From Lama glama (lineage: Eukaryota): a DNA stretch of 64,000 bases. Of this stretch, positions 24,850-37,045 are shown piece after piece. A program made the translations under genes and the position numbers. Position 1 is the first letter of the stretch. Each line of letters opens with the position of its first letter. The DNA is taken from positions 8,618,001 through 8,682,000 of the forward strand of contig CM052839.1 of assembly GCA_028534125.1 (NCBI GenBank). Direction: 5' to 3'. The notes below the pieces were generated by a model that saw nothing but the letters and a program-made list of their open reading frames with translations, searched no databases and was not told the origin of the DNA.

Positions 24850-26900
24850 TTCAGATATTAATGTATTCGAGAGATCAGTGAATGAAGAATTCCTCTGCAC
24901 TTTTTTTCCCCTTTTTAATTTTTTTCCCCCTTTCCATACACTTTGTTTGTAGTGTCTTTGTCTGCCAGACGTTGCTGGGCATTTCTAATGAGAAAGCAAA
25001 GAATTGCAGAAGGAAAAAGGCGAGGGGCGGGGGGCGGTGTAGGGAGAAGAAAACAGGCGAGGAAACACAGGGCGTGTTTAGCACTTTAACAGTAAGGTGA
25101 CATTTTTACAAGCTAGTCAGGTGCACGGGACTCACTGGGGGAGAACGGCGTTGGCGATGCAAATGCGGAGCGGAACGCGCCGTTTGGGAAATGGCTAACT
25201 CACTGATTAGCTTCTCGTCACAGGAACGCACTTGCATTTCTGAGCATCATTTTCCCTGCAGGATACCCAGCCTTAGTGCCGCTTGAAGTATTCAATCCAG
25301 CTTCATTATGGCAGCCACCTCACTAACCCACCATGGGCAGCTACTAAAAGGGAGGAAAAATTAAAGCAATTCATACTCCCGGTGACTTACTGCTGCAGAA
25401 TAATTGGTTTCTGTTTGCAAAGAACATTATCCCAGCAAAGCCCAGCAAACAGAAAAGTCCGTCTGAGAGAGGGTTACAGGGACTAGGGTAGAAAGTGGGG
25501 AGGCGAGGGAGGGCTGGGGAAATGACATGTTTGCAAAGGCAGTTAGCTGATAATTAATTTTTTATATCATTCCATACTGGGACGTGTCCTTCCGTGATGT
25601 ATGGACATGCGCTGGTTTTGTAGCACGTCCTTTGATACCTCATGGAAATGTTAATGAGACGAAACCAGTTAAAGAGCTCTTTAGACCGCGCGGGGCTTTG
25701 GGGAAGGCCGCAATGAAATGCAGACCCTCCGAGGGCTCCTCCGACACACAAGAAGTCCCTTTGTTTCCTGTCTTATGAACCAGAGGCAGGTCTGAAATTG
25801 CAGGGAAAGTGAGAGGGGGCTGAAGAGTTGGCGCCGGAGGCTTGGCTTTCTATATTTAAAAAGAGGGGGAAAAAATCGCTCGCCAGTTATTCGCACCCGG
25901 GTTTGATAGGCAGTGCAGGGTGTTTTTGAAGTTCCGAAGGAAGGTNNNNNNNNNNNNNNNNNNNNNNNNNNNNNNNNNNNNNNNNNNNNNNNNNNNNNNN
26001 NNNNNNNNNNNNNNNNNNNNNNNNNNNNNNNNNNNNNNNNNNNNNNNNNNNNNNNNNNNNNNNNNNNNNNNNNNNNNNNNNNNNNNNNNNNNNTTGTGCC
26101 GTGTTACCAAACTGGAGGCAGGAGCAAGTGCGGCCGGGGCTCTGCCAGAGGTCACCCCTTGTTGTCGCCCATGGCCCAAACAGAGCGGCCTCGCCAGCGC
26201 ACGGCGTTCCTTAGGGACCCGGGACCGATGAACCTTCTATAAAAGGAATATGGTTAACAAAGCAGGGGGGCGGGTAGAAGAGAGTCTGTCTGCTCTCCCA
26301 GTCCTGGTCCCAAGCTGCAAGGATGAACAAGGTGAACGGTGTCCTGGCCGCGAGGACACATCACTCGGTGTGGGAACCAGAGGTGGTGAGCGTCTGGCTT
26401 CAGGGCACAATCTCTCCCCTAGCCCGCTTCCACCCAGCCCGGGGAGAAAGTTTGCCTGGTCACTGTTCTCATAACCTTGAGAATAATTTCCCCCTGGTGG
26501 GCTCCTGAGGCCTGCCCTATTTAGGACCAAGTTGCTGAATGCTAGAGGATAAAGAACAGTTGGAAAGCTGTGAGCAGTGGTTAATCAGCTAATTCGCATT
26601 TCAAAAGACACTAATAAGAGGTGATCAATTCAAAGAAAGCCCTGGGTATGAGTCCTTTACTCACCCCTCGAGTGAGCAGGCGGCGCTCCCTCCGGTTTCT
26701 CGCTCCCGCCCGTCGCCTCCCTTCCCTGCGGGACCTCCCAGGGTACCTGCACCTCTGCCCCCCCACCCGCCCGCTCCCAGCGGGGCCCTGCAGCCCTTTG
26801 CCTTCCTCCCAGCCGCGGCCAGCTGCACCCGTGGGGCTCTCAGTAACCCCAGCCTTGGCCTTTTGTGCCCGACCCTCCTCGCCCCCTCGCTCTCCTGCAC
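24850..26900. promoter_or_regulatory. Candidate CpG-enriched regulatory region (promoter/enhancer) spanning an assembly gap
   Basis: Repeat-free with locally raised CpG. Contains GC boxes (25024-25037), octamer ATGCAAAT (25157-25164), TATAAAAG (26238-26245) and several TAATTA/TTAAT sites. Confidence 0.45.
25946..26093. other. Assembly gap (148 N)
   Basis: Run of N. Confidence 1.
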
Positions 26901-28181
26901 CTCAGTGTCTTCTCTCCTTACTCATTCCTCCTGATCTGTGACCTCTCGCCAACCCTGTCCGGTTGCCATTTGCTTGGCTGTGACGGGAGGGACCCTCATT
27001 ACTTTGCCGTTACGCGTCCTGCCCGGAGACCCATGTTGTGACTGCCCGAGTGTCTCCTGGGACCCGAAGTGGCTCTGCGTCTTCCCTACCGTGTCTGTCA
27101 CTGCAGCCTCTCTGCCCGGCTTCCCGTACCTGCTGTTCAGACAGAGGTGGGGGGCTGCCTCACGGGCTTTCTAGCGAGGTGCTTCGTGATTGGGTTTTCC
27201 TGCTGTTACAGGCTAACGGCTCTGTCCTGGAACCAGTGTCACCCACCCAGTGACTGGAAAGTCAGCCAGCCCACCAAGTGACGCTGTCCAAATAGAGCCG
27301 TAATGCCAACAATCGAGAGATTTTGTTTCCGCCAAGAGGACAGTTCACGTGTTGGGAAGTGAGCTTGTCAGGGCTTTCTTTCCGCCTCCTCTCCCAGCCC
27401 TTGGCAAAACGTAGAATATCGTCACCTTTGATAGAAGGTGCAGTGAAGGGGGCCGGGGGGAGGTCCTGGAGCATCCTTGACCTGGATGCCAGAAGGAGCA
27501 GCACCATGTTTGATGCTTCTGGTTTTCTCTGTGGCTGTAACACCTGTGTGGGGTCTTTTGAACATGGTCCTTGGTTTTCAGAATCCCGGAGTGCTTTAGC
27601 CCCATCGTGCTTCAGAAGGCTGTCAGGAACTCAGCTGCCCTCTTTCTTACAGACTCTGAACAAATGCCATTTCATCTTCTGGCCATGAGTGACAGGAAAT
27701 TTTCCTAAACTCCAGTCCTGACAATCAGGTGACAGTTAGGGATAGCCTTGCAAGCCCTGAGATGATTGTTGGCCTGGAGAGGTGTCACTGGGAGGTGGCC
27801 AGCCGCACGGTTTGTCACCCACGATAAAGGCTTTCTGCTTAGCATGCCCCCCAGTTATCAGGAACATCTTTAGTTGAACCTTGTTTTGACCTTGAGCTAT
27901 TCTGGGAGGGTTCCTACTTTGAGAAGGAATGTGGACCACATGACCTGCAAGGTCCCCTCCACACGGGCACGCACCAGCACTCATGTCATCACCAGGGGCA
28001 GTGGCCCACCAGGCTCTGCCCCAGGACACAGGACTCAGCTGCTGTCTGTCATCTGAGGGAGTGTCAGGGTAGACTCTGAAACAGAGTCCAGCTTTAGATC
28101 AGAAAAAGTTCCTAGCCCTAAACAACAGAAACCTTCTCTGATTACTGAAGTACAAAAGGAATTTATTAAGAGGCTCTCTAA

Positions 28182-28298
28182 GGGGGAGGATACAGCTCAG
28201 TGATAGAGCACGTGCTTAGCATGCACAAGGTCCTGGGTTCAATCCCCAGTACCTCCATTAAAAATAAATAAATAAACCTTAATTACCCCCCCAAAAAA
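28182..28298 (+). mobile_element. tRNA-Ala-derived SINE (vic-1-like), apparently within an older MLT-like LTR
   Basis: 'gggggaggatacagctcagtgatagagcacgtgcttagcatgcacaaggtcctgggttcaatccccagtacctccattaaaaataaataaataaaccttaattacccccc'. Confidence 0.92.
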
Positions 28299-28796
28299 GG
28301 AATCTAGTAGTTTGAAACATCAATCATCAAGAAGGCTGGAGAATCGGACTCGAACATGGGGAGAAACCAGAGGTGGCTAGAACCATGAGCACAGCTCCAC
28401 CACAGAACCGTCTAGCAGAGGACTCACTACCACGACTGCCGGCACCCCCAGCGGCCAGCACCGCCAGCGGTGGGCACCAGGGGCTGAAGCTGGAAGGGCT
28501 GCCACTGACGTTCCTGGAGAGTCAGTGTTGCTGCTGCCACCACTGAAACAAGTTCTCCGTGCTCCCTCGTGTGTACTTGGTGCTGCCGGGGAGGCAGGGC
28601 GGTGCCAGCATTTGGCCCTTCTGGTCCTGCCTCCTACCAAGACTCCTCTCTTGTAAGAAATGGGTTCAGATGCTGAGCTGCTGAGAAACTAACTAGTGTC
28701 CACTGCAAGCTTCCGGCTCCACTGGGGGTTACTTGCCAAAGGTGGACCTCTTCTCCTGGACTCCTGTGACTGGAGCTGCACGTCTCTGTACCTGAG

Positions 28797-28952
28797 ATGT
28801 GCTGTATGATCTGTGGGGCCCAATGAAAAATGAAAATACAGGGCCTCTTGTTTAGAAATGATTAAGAATATCAAGATCGTGACAGCGTGGGGCCCACTAG
28901 GCCTGGGACCCTGTGTCACTGCTCAGGTCACTTGCCCATGAAGCCAGCCCTG
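28797..28952 (-). mobile_element. MER45A (hAT-Tip100 MITE)
   Basis: The reverse complement 'cagggctggcttcatgggcaagtgacctgagcagtgacacagggtccc...ttcttaat...aacaagaggccctgtattttcattt...gggccccac' follows the MER45A consensus as I recall it. Confidence 0.85.
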
Positions 28953-29452
28953 GCTTTCCCTTAATAGGGCCGTAATAGACCTCTGCGGGGTCTTGGGGCC
29001 TCTATAAGGCCGTACAGATGGATCCTGATTGGTCAGTGTTACTTCCTTTTGTTTCCCACCCACAACTTGAGGTGAGATTATGATTATTCCCATTTTACAG
29101 CTAGAACAGATGAGGCTGGATACCAGTGGAGCTGTGATTCCAGCCCAGGTCTTCGGACTGGAGTTCCCCTTTCCCTCCACCATGTCACCCTGTGACCAGG
29201 AGCTCACTGTGCAGAGAGCTGTGTGTTCCCGGAAACGTGCACAGCTCTCCTGGGGCATCATCTCCAGACTTGTTAATGTTGTGGGGAAAACACTGCTCAG
29301 TCAGTGTAAAGTAAGATTTGGTTGTTCACTTTCAAGAACTGCATTACAGGAAGGAAGGAGAGCAGTGCCCACCAGCCAGTAGCCAGGCCCCCACCACGCT
29401 ATGCTGACTTAATTCAAAACACACACACACACTTTGTTTTACCTACAAGTAC

Positions 29453-29454
<2 letters not shown>

Positions 29455-29500
<46 letters not shown>
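29455..29500. repeat. Compound (TG)19(AG)4 microsatellite
   Basis: Read directly; a short (AC)7 run lies just upstream at 29419-29432. Confidence 0.95.
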
Positions 29501-29611
29501 TGAGTGAGATGCCATGTAACCTTGAGCAAGTCATTTTCTCAGCTTTCCAGGGCTTCAGTTTTTCATCTCTGAAAATCTTTGACCTTCTTTCACAATATAG
29601 ATTGTTAAAAG

Positions 29612-29734
29612 TTTTTTTATTTTATTTTATTTTAATTTGGGGGGTGGTAATTAGGTTATTCATTTATTTTAATGGAGGTGCTGGGGATTGAACCCAGGAC
29701 CCCGCACATGATAAGCACGCTCTCTCCCCTCCCT
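29612..29734 (-). mobile_element. tRNA-Ala-derived SINE (vic-1-like), 5' part deleted
   Basis: 'ggggtggtaattaggttattcatttattttaatggaggtgctggggattgaacccaggacc...catgataagcacgc'. Confidence 0.88.
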
Positions 29735-31699
29735 GCTCATAGCACAGGGCTGATGCCTCTCTGCCCCGCTCGCCCAGCAGGCACGTCTCATTCTTGCATT
29801 CCCACTCTTCCAGCTCCCTTTCTGCCCCTCGCTCTAGCCCTCAGTGTCTGCCTTGAGTCTGACCCCTTGAATGCCCAGCCTGTACCACCTGCCTGCTCGT
29901 ACCAGAGCCGCCCCAGCATCTCTGCCATCAGCAAAATGCTCAGTACAGGCTCCCTCTGCTCACAGTGCTGGTCTGCGCATCTTAGAGTAACTGGCCTCTG
30001 CCTCCTGTATCCTCTCTCTCCCTTTCTCCCCAGCGCTGTGTCAGTGTCCTTCCCCTTCTCTGGGTCCCCGGGAGCCTGCTCGGTGCCTTCTCCAGAGGGG
30101 CGCTCACAAATCCTACCTTTCTTCTTGAAGTCTTCTCCACTGTCTATCTTTCTCCTTTTCTCCCCCTTTCTCAATTCCCTTCCCTTGACAGGACACAATA
30201 TGAAATGAAGGCTTTTTTAAAGAGTATTTATGATGTTTATAAAACATACAGTTATTTGACGTGTTTTTAATTTGAAAATCATAGCTCTCAAACAAATACA
30301 ACTCTCTTTAAAAAGCTGTTATGAATGTAATTGTTTTTTATTGCTAGGTAGTCTTTAATTGATTTTTCCCCCTAAAGGTTTTTTTTCCTTCCTTATTTTA
30401 AACCCAAGGAAGGAGAAATTTCCAAGGGTTATTAGTTCATTTGCTGTTAGAAGGAATAATTGATCTGTCAACTCAAAGGATTTATAAGGATTTGGCTCAC
30501 AGAATTCATGAAAGCAGTAGCATACGTTTAAGTTCTGCCTCAAAAGAAAACATTTCAGAAGGGGCTTCCCCTTACTTTTTGCAAGATAAAAATTAGCATC
30601 TCTCGAGTGATGAAAAGGCCCCCTGTTTTTTAAGATCTTCCCAATCTTAAGGGGCCACAGCTGCACCATTTACACCTATACTTGATATAATTGGATAAAT
30701 ATTTCAACCAAAAGAATGGATTATAAATAAATATTATAAACTTTGGAGTTTCTTCCAGCGGTCCCCTGCCCCCACCCCGCCCCGCCCCAGTATAGAGGAG
30801 TGGAACATAGCTAACATTTCTTCAACCTTAAATGGGGTTTAGCTTTTTCTTTTTTTCCTTTAAGCAAATGCACCCAAATTGGGCTTGGTTCACAAAGGAA
30901 AGACTGACTGCAGAGCTAACAGACCCATCATTAGCCATCCCTGCCCTCTCAAATGGCCTGTCCATTCCACTGCTCACAATATAGGACGGAGGCCGTAAAC
31001 AAGGGATCCAAGGGAACTCTGGACAAGAAACATACAATGGGGTGGGATAAATTTCTTTAGCATAAATAGCAGTCTCCAAGGGTGACTGGTGTGAATGGAC
31101 TCCTGCTGTGAGGGTCTCTGTGCCTACAGAGGAGATCTGTGGCTTTAAGAGCTGTGGTCCCACCCCCTAGGCTGTGGAAGTGCTCAGTCTCCCCTGCTGG
31201 GCACCGTCCGAAGGCCCCCTGTGGGCCTCCTCTTTCCTTTCAAGCTGTGAGTCCTCAGGAACTTGGTGACAGCTCCTCTTTCATTCTGCTGTGCAAATCC
31301 TTGAGCTGTTCCTAGTGCTTTCAAAAGGAAAATATAAGACATTTTACTTATTCTGTCCAGCAGGAGCATTGGAAGTCTGGTAAGACCCAGGGTTATTCTG
31401 GCAGTAAACCTGGGGGAGATCTTCCTTTCTGTAGTGACTCAAAACTCCCTGAGATGACCGGCAACCCACAGTTTATACTTCCTACATCCTTTACATCATG
31501 CCCTGTGGGGCACCATCTGCGTTCTGTTCCCTGGAGAACCTGCGTCCTGCTGGCTGGTGACTGGATAACCTAGTGCTAGTGGGATTACGTTTATCCAGTG
31601 GTACACGTCAATGGGTAATTTCTCAGCAGCCCTGAGCCAAAATGTTCAGGTTCCAGAGTAAATAATGGCTTTTAAAAGAATTAAATGGCGATATACACA

Positions 31700-34000
31700 T
31701 TTTTTTTTTAATTCAGCCAGTGCTCAGCCTGGTCCATCCTTATCTCCTGTTCTGATCCCCAGAGTCAGTTGCTCTCAACCATCTTTGCTTGTCTTTCTCC
31801 AGGTGATTATGTGCATATTACTAAATGATACACACCGTTTTTTATTTCTCAATTTTAGATATTACCTATTAATTTCATGACCTGACATACAGGTTTTCAC
31901 TCACTCTATACATACCTCTTCTGTTTCTAATATCATTGTTTTTATTCCTCTACATATTACTATTGTAACTTTCAGTAATATACTTAAATCTCTATTTTCC
32001 GTTCCATTGATTATAGACAGTATGTTTTTGCCTCACCTTTTTTCGACCTCTTCTCATCGCATTGCCGTCCGCTTTGGTCAGGTGTTGATAATTTGCATTC
32101 CATTTTGACCACAATTAAGATTTCTATACTGTGGTTTTAGGTTGTTTCCAAGTTAAAAGCCAGAAAATAGCTTTCATATTGTTATGTGAATACTGTGCAC
32201 TGAAAAACCAAGAAGTGCACTATGGTTGATTATATTTCCATCTCTAATTCCTAACTCATAATCCCTGTGTTAGTCAAAGGAGAATGTGCAAATCGATTCT
32301 CTTTTCTTACATTCCATCATTGGTTTAAAACCATGCCACATTTCAGTTTTCTAACATTTTTTGTTTTGGTTATTTTTGTAATTTCTCTGACTGTTTTTTT
32401 TGTTTTCTTCTTCTTGGGGGAAGGAGCATGTCTTTTTCACCATACCCCTGATATCTTTTGAAGCCATTCCATTCTTCAATAAGCCCACCAACTTCCTATT
32501 TTAATATGCTTATTCTAAATTACTTCTTAATGTATACCAAAGAAATTTATATTGCCTTCTGTATTTCTTGGAGTTTCTAATTGCCTTTCTTTTTCCCTTA
32601 CATTTTTTTCCCCTTTATTTTGCCTTGAAGTTTTTCTAAACGGAGTCTCCCTTTTTTCCTGGAAACCTACGTCCTCAAACCCCCAGGCTTCCCGTTCCAG
32701 TTTGGATGGTGTTATGACTCTGTAAGTAGTGTCTACTGCTGGATTGAGAGGGATGCTATTGCTCTATTTTCTATTTTCTGTAACTTCTTTATTTCCCAGG
32801 TAGTTGGCAATTCTCTTTTTTCTTTTGTTCAGTTTTCAATGCACTTGTGGACAATTCTTCCCAGGATATCAACATCTCTTTAAAATGCCTCAGAGTAGTA
32901 ATGTACACATGGGAAAATTCATAAGATAATGTCTCAATGATTTTATTTATTTTGGTTTGTTTGTTGTATACTTTTTGTTTGTTGGTTTCCCTGGAGGTTT
33001 TCCTTCTAGACCCTCTTTCTGCCTCAATAAGCTGGGTTATATGTATTTTTTTTCCTGTACTTTTTGCACTGTTTGTCATCGTGGTATTTCTGTTTGTTGT
33101 TATTCTGTGTGCTTATACTGTTTCCCTCACCTCTCTTTCTCAAAAATTTCAGCCCTCATTTTGCTGAACAATATCTTTAGCTTTCTAGGAAAGGGGGCAA
33201 AAGTGGTCTGCCTTATGAATTCTCATGCGTGAAAATGCCTTATTCCATCTTTATGCTCAATTGGTAGCATGACTGGGTGTGGAATTCTAAATTACAAATT
33301 ACTTTCCTTCAGAATTTGCCTTAATGTCTAATAAATGTCTGGTATCAATGTTCCTGATGAAAAATCCACCCCATTCTGATTCTTGTTCCTTTGTTTGTGA
33401 CCTGTTTTTATTTATCTTGTCATTGACATAGTGTTTGTTTCTTACTCAGGAAGCTTTCAGTGTCTTTTATTGTTGCTGTCAGAACAACAGAACAATATAT
33501 TTGGTTGTGGGTCTTTTAATTTGTAAAAACTCTTCCTTATTCTTAAGTTTTCCTTTTTTGTTGTTGTTGCTAGATTCTCTTCTTGTTTTGATGGGTACAA
33601 TATTTCCCCAAAGTCTCTTCAAGAATACTAACTAGAGTCTTTTGTTGTATTGTTTTATGAGGGGGAGGTAAGTAGGTTTACTCACTGATTTCCACTTGGA
33701 GGAGAAACTGGGGATTGAACCCAGGGCCTCTTGGGTACTGAGCGTGCACTCTACCGCTTGAGCTATACCCTTCCCCCAAGTCTTTTGTCATATCGTGTTT
33801 AGTTTTTAAGTTCTCTTCTTTTATCAGAATTATCTCTGTATCCTCTAGGGTCAGTTTTTCTATTGATTCATCTGTGCTTTTTATGTCATGCTACGAGCTT
33901 TGCTTAAATGCTTGATGAATCTTGGAGATGAATTCGCATGGCCTGTTTTCGGTTCCGTTTCTCACTCTTGCTTGCTGGCTCTCAGTCTGGAGCCTCTCAG
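31700..34000 (-). mobile_element. Old L1 (L1ME/L1M-type) antisense, fragmented
   Basis: Long T-rich tract with L1-like motifs such as 'ggaattctaaattacaaattactttccttcagaattt' and 'gatgaaaaatcc...ttctgattcttgttcctttgt'. Confidence 0.6.
33645..33778 (-). mobile_element. tRNA-derived SINE (older vic-1-like variant)
   Basis: 'actgggattgaacccagggcctc...actgagcgtgcactctaccgcttgagctatacccttccccc'. Flanked by the direct repeat agtcttttgt. Confidence 0.85.
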
Positions 34001-34489
34001 GAGCTGCGCTCAGGGCTGGCCCCTCCGTGCGTGTTTTCCAAGCCCCAGCCTCTCCTCTGTTTGGGTAGTTGACCCCACCTGATTTGTGGAAGCCGCTCTT
34101 TCACCCGTGGTCCCTCTCCAGTCCTCATCATTGTTACAGTTCCTCTCCCCAAATACATCATGCAGAGATCTTGTAGGTAGACATCCTTAGTAAGATAGAG
34201 GGGCCCTGAGAGCGCCCCTCCACATCTGGGACTCACGTCAGCAAGTATTCTTTGAGTGTGTCCCACAATAGGCATTGTAGGATAAATACAGGTGTAAAGA
34301 TGTATTCCCAACCTCATAATCTAGTGAGGAGCCTGTAGTTTTAGGTAGAGCAAGGTCCAGGATTATGGGCATTTTCAGATGTTTTGCATTTTGGTGGGAA
34401 CAAGCCTCAGAGGCTTAACAAGCCTGGCAATCCTTTGCCTCCTTGGGAATCATCAAATGATAGAGTGAAGGGCGTATGATAACTCACTC

Positions 34490-34995
34490 ACTTTTCATTC
34501 ATCAAAGTTTTTTTAGAGTGTGAGAGACTGTCCTAGAAGCGGAGAAGAACACAGATCAGGTGTATACTCTGCCTCAGGGAGAGATAAGACGTGTATCTAA
34601 GTAACTCTTCAATACAAGGCCAAGTAAGATAAATGGAGTAAGAGGAATACAGGTAAAACGTTATAGGAATTCAAAGTAAAGCGAGAGGGGAGGGCATAGC
34701 TCAGTGGTAGAGCGAGTGCTTAGCATGCACAAGGTCCTGGGTTCAATCCCCAGTACCTCCATCAAATAAATAAATAAATAAGTAAATAAATAAATAAATA
34801 AATTTAAAAGATAAAAGGAGAGATTGCTTCTTACAACTATGTGCATGTAATGAAATAAATTAAAATAGGCTCATTGAAAAATGTCTCACTGAAAGACAGA
34901 ACAGACTTAGATGAGTGGAGGTAAACAGGAGAGGAAGTTACTTGGATGAGCCTGGAGTACAAGGAGAAATTCATCTTGACTGGAGCCAGGATTTT
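34490..34995 (-). mobile_element. L2 3' fragment interrupted by a SINE
   Basis: 'ttcattcatcaaagtttttttagagtg...actgtcctag...ctctgcctcagggaga', continuing after the SINE. Confidence 0.55.
34687..34802 (+). mobile_element. tRNA-Ala-derived SINE (vic-1-like), well preserved
   Basis: Intact A box TAGCTCAGTGG, anticodon loop CTTAGCAT and B box GGTTCAATCC, followed by a long (AAAT)n tail. Confidence 0.95.
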
Positions 34996-36249
34996 GGAGA
35001 TGCTCTTAATAAACAAGTCATTGTGAAGTAATGCTGCCCTTTCCTGGAGCACGGCTTCTAGCAGTGGCTTAATTGAAGCATACATTTCCTCTGGCAACAC
35101 CTTGTTCAGTTGAGGTGCTTAATTCAGTTCCATGAGCTTAATACCTCAGAACCATTGAAATACAGCACCCCCCACCCGCCCCCGATTCTCTCATTCCACA
35201 CAGGGAAACCCACACCAGGTCACGTCGGCGTCTCGCTTCCAGCCTCCCCACTGCCGTCTCTGACAGATAGTTTCGATTGGCCTCCTCACCACCCGCTTCA
35301 GCCCCCTCCTCACTCTCCTCCTTGAATTGCAGAGGTTGGCGAGTTAAGAGGCTCATTTCTCAGACTCCTTGCCACAGAGATTCCGCACATGGCCTGGCTT
35401 CTGCCTTCAAAGACTCGGGTCTAGAAGTGACCAGTGTGTGGTGTTAGCGAAGCACGGGGGCGTGAGATCGTCTGCTGGGGGTGGGCGTTGCGAGGGTTTG
35501 GCTGTTTTGAGGGGCTCAGCAAAGACTCGAGCGCCTAGTTCCTGTTGTCAGTGTCCTGTGTGACACGTGGCAGGCAGCCACGGCAGTGGTGCTGAACTGC
35601 CCTCTTGTGTGGGCGGCTCTGTCGGTCCTGGTTGTGTATCCTCCACATCCGGGTCTCTGTGCTGAAGATTTGGTAAGCTCCCAGTACTTTTGGGGGGAAA
35701 AATATGTTCTTTTGCCTAAACTGGCGACAATGGATGTCGTCATCAACAGCGGAAACCCCACTGATGCGAGGGGTTTGGACTTTCCTGTCGCCCGCCCATG
35801 TTCCTCGAGGACTTGGACACTCGATTCCCAGCTGTCTCTCACTCTTCTTCCTGCAACCCGGCCAGAGTGTGAAAGCTCCTGCCGACGTTCCAGCTCCACC
35901 TTTTCTCCATCTCTGTGGCCACAGCCCGAAGTTCACATATCTGGAACTGAATCACATCTAAAGTTCCTCTGACTGCAGCCTCCTCTCACCCCACTTTCCC
36001 ACTGTGCTCAGACCTACTTTTGAAATTCAGAGAGACCTTCAGTCTCATCCTCCTCCTCTGGTCTAACAACTATCCTCCCCTGGAAGCCCCTCCCCAGTGG
36101 GGATTCGTTTCAACTACACTCCTGCCAGTGCTCAATCTTCTCACCCTTTGGACCTACCTGTGCATTTATTGTCTCTTATGATAACCTTTAAAGGGTGCTG
36201 TGCTGGTCTAGACCCCCCACTGCATATTTAGTAATAAGAGCATGCTGAT

Positions 36250-36480
36250 TAATGCTTACAAAGTGCTTACCATGTTCCAGGCACTGTGCCAAACACTTTA
36301 ATATAGCAGCTCTTGGAATCCTCACATCAATCCAATGAGATGGGGATGTTTCACATCCACATGTACAGATGAAGAAACTGAAGCACAGAAAGGTTAAGTG
36401 ATTTGCACAAGGCCACACAGCGAGTAAATGGTTGAGCTGGGATTCAAACTGTCCGTGTTCACAATAGCCACACTCTGTAT
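36250..36480 (-). mobile_element. Near full-length MIR
   Basis: 'gtgcttaccatgttccaggcactgtgcc...tacagatgaagaaactgaagcacagaaaggttaagtgatttgcacaaggccacacag...gctgggattcaaac'. Confidence 0.92.
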
Positions 36481-36919
36481 TCCCTTAGTTCTATTTTAAG
36501 GATGCAAGGATATCCATGCATCTCTGCATGGATATAAAAACATTTTTCTATTTAACCACAGATGTGATTAATATCTCAATGTTACTATCACAAACTGTGG
36601 TTTCTAAAAGCTGCACTTCATCAATATATCTGCCAGGTTTTTTTTTTTTTTATGAAAACATTTCCGTTTTCTCTCCCATGTTATTTCCTTGCTTTGCATT
36701 CTGAGTCTCGATTCTGTTGTGAAATACAGTGTCCTACTGTTGCAGATAAGTATTTCAGGAAGCTGTTGAATAGCTCGGGTGATGGATGTTCTATACTGCC
36801 CTACTGTCTCCCTTTCTTTCAAAATGGCAATTCTGTTACATCCAGTAATGTGTACGCTTACAACTGAAGCACAGCAGTTTGAGATACCAACTTTCCTCTG
36901 CTGTCTTCCAAGATAAGTC

Positions 36920-37045
36920 TGGTGTAGTATGATTAGTCTTTGGGTTCCAAAATCAGTGGAAATTTGAATCCCAGCTCAAGTGCTGAGACCTTGGGCAGGT
37001 TACTTAACCTCTCCAAGCTCCAGGTGTTTTGTCTGTGAAAATGGA
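36920..37045 (+). mobile_element. MIR fragment
   Basis: 'ttgaatcccagctc...gaccttgggcaggttacttaacctctccaagctcc...tctgtgaaaatgg'. Confidence 0.85.
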
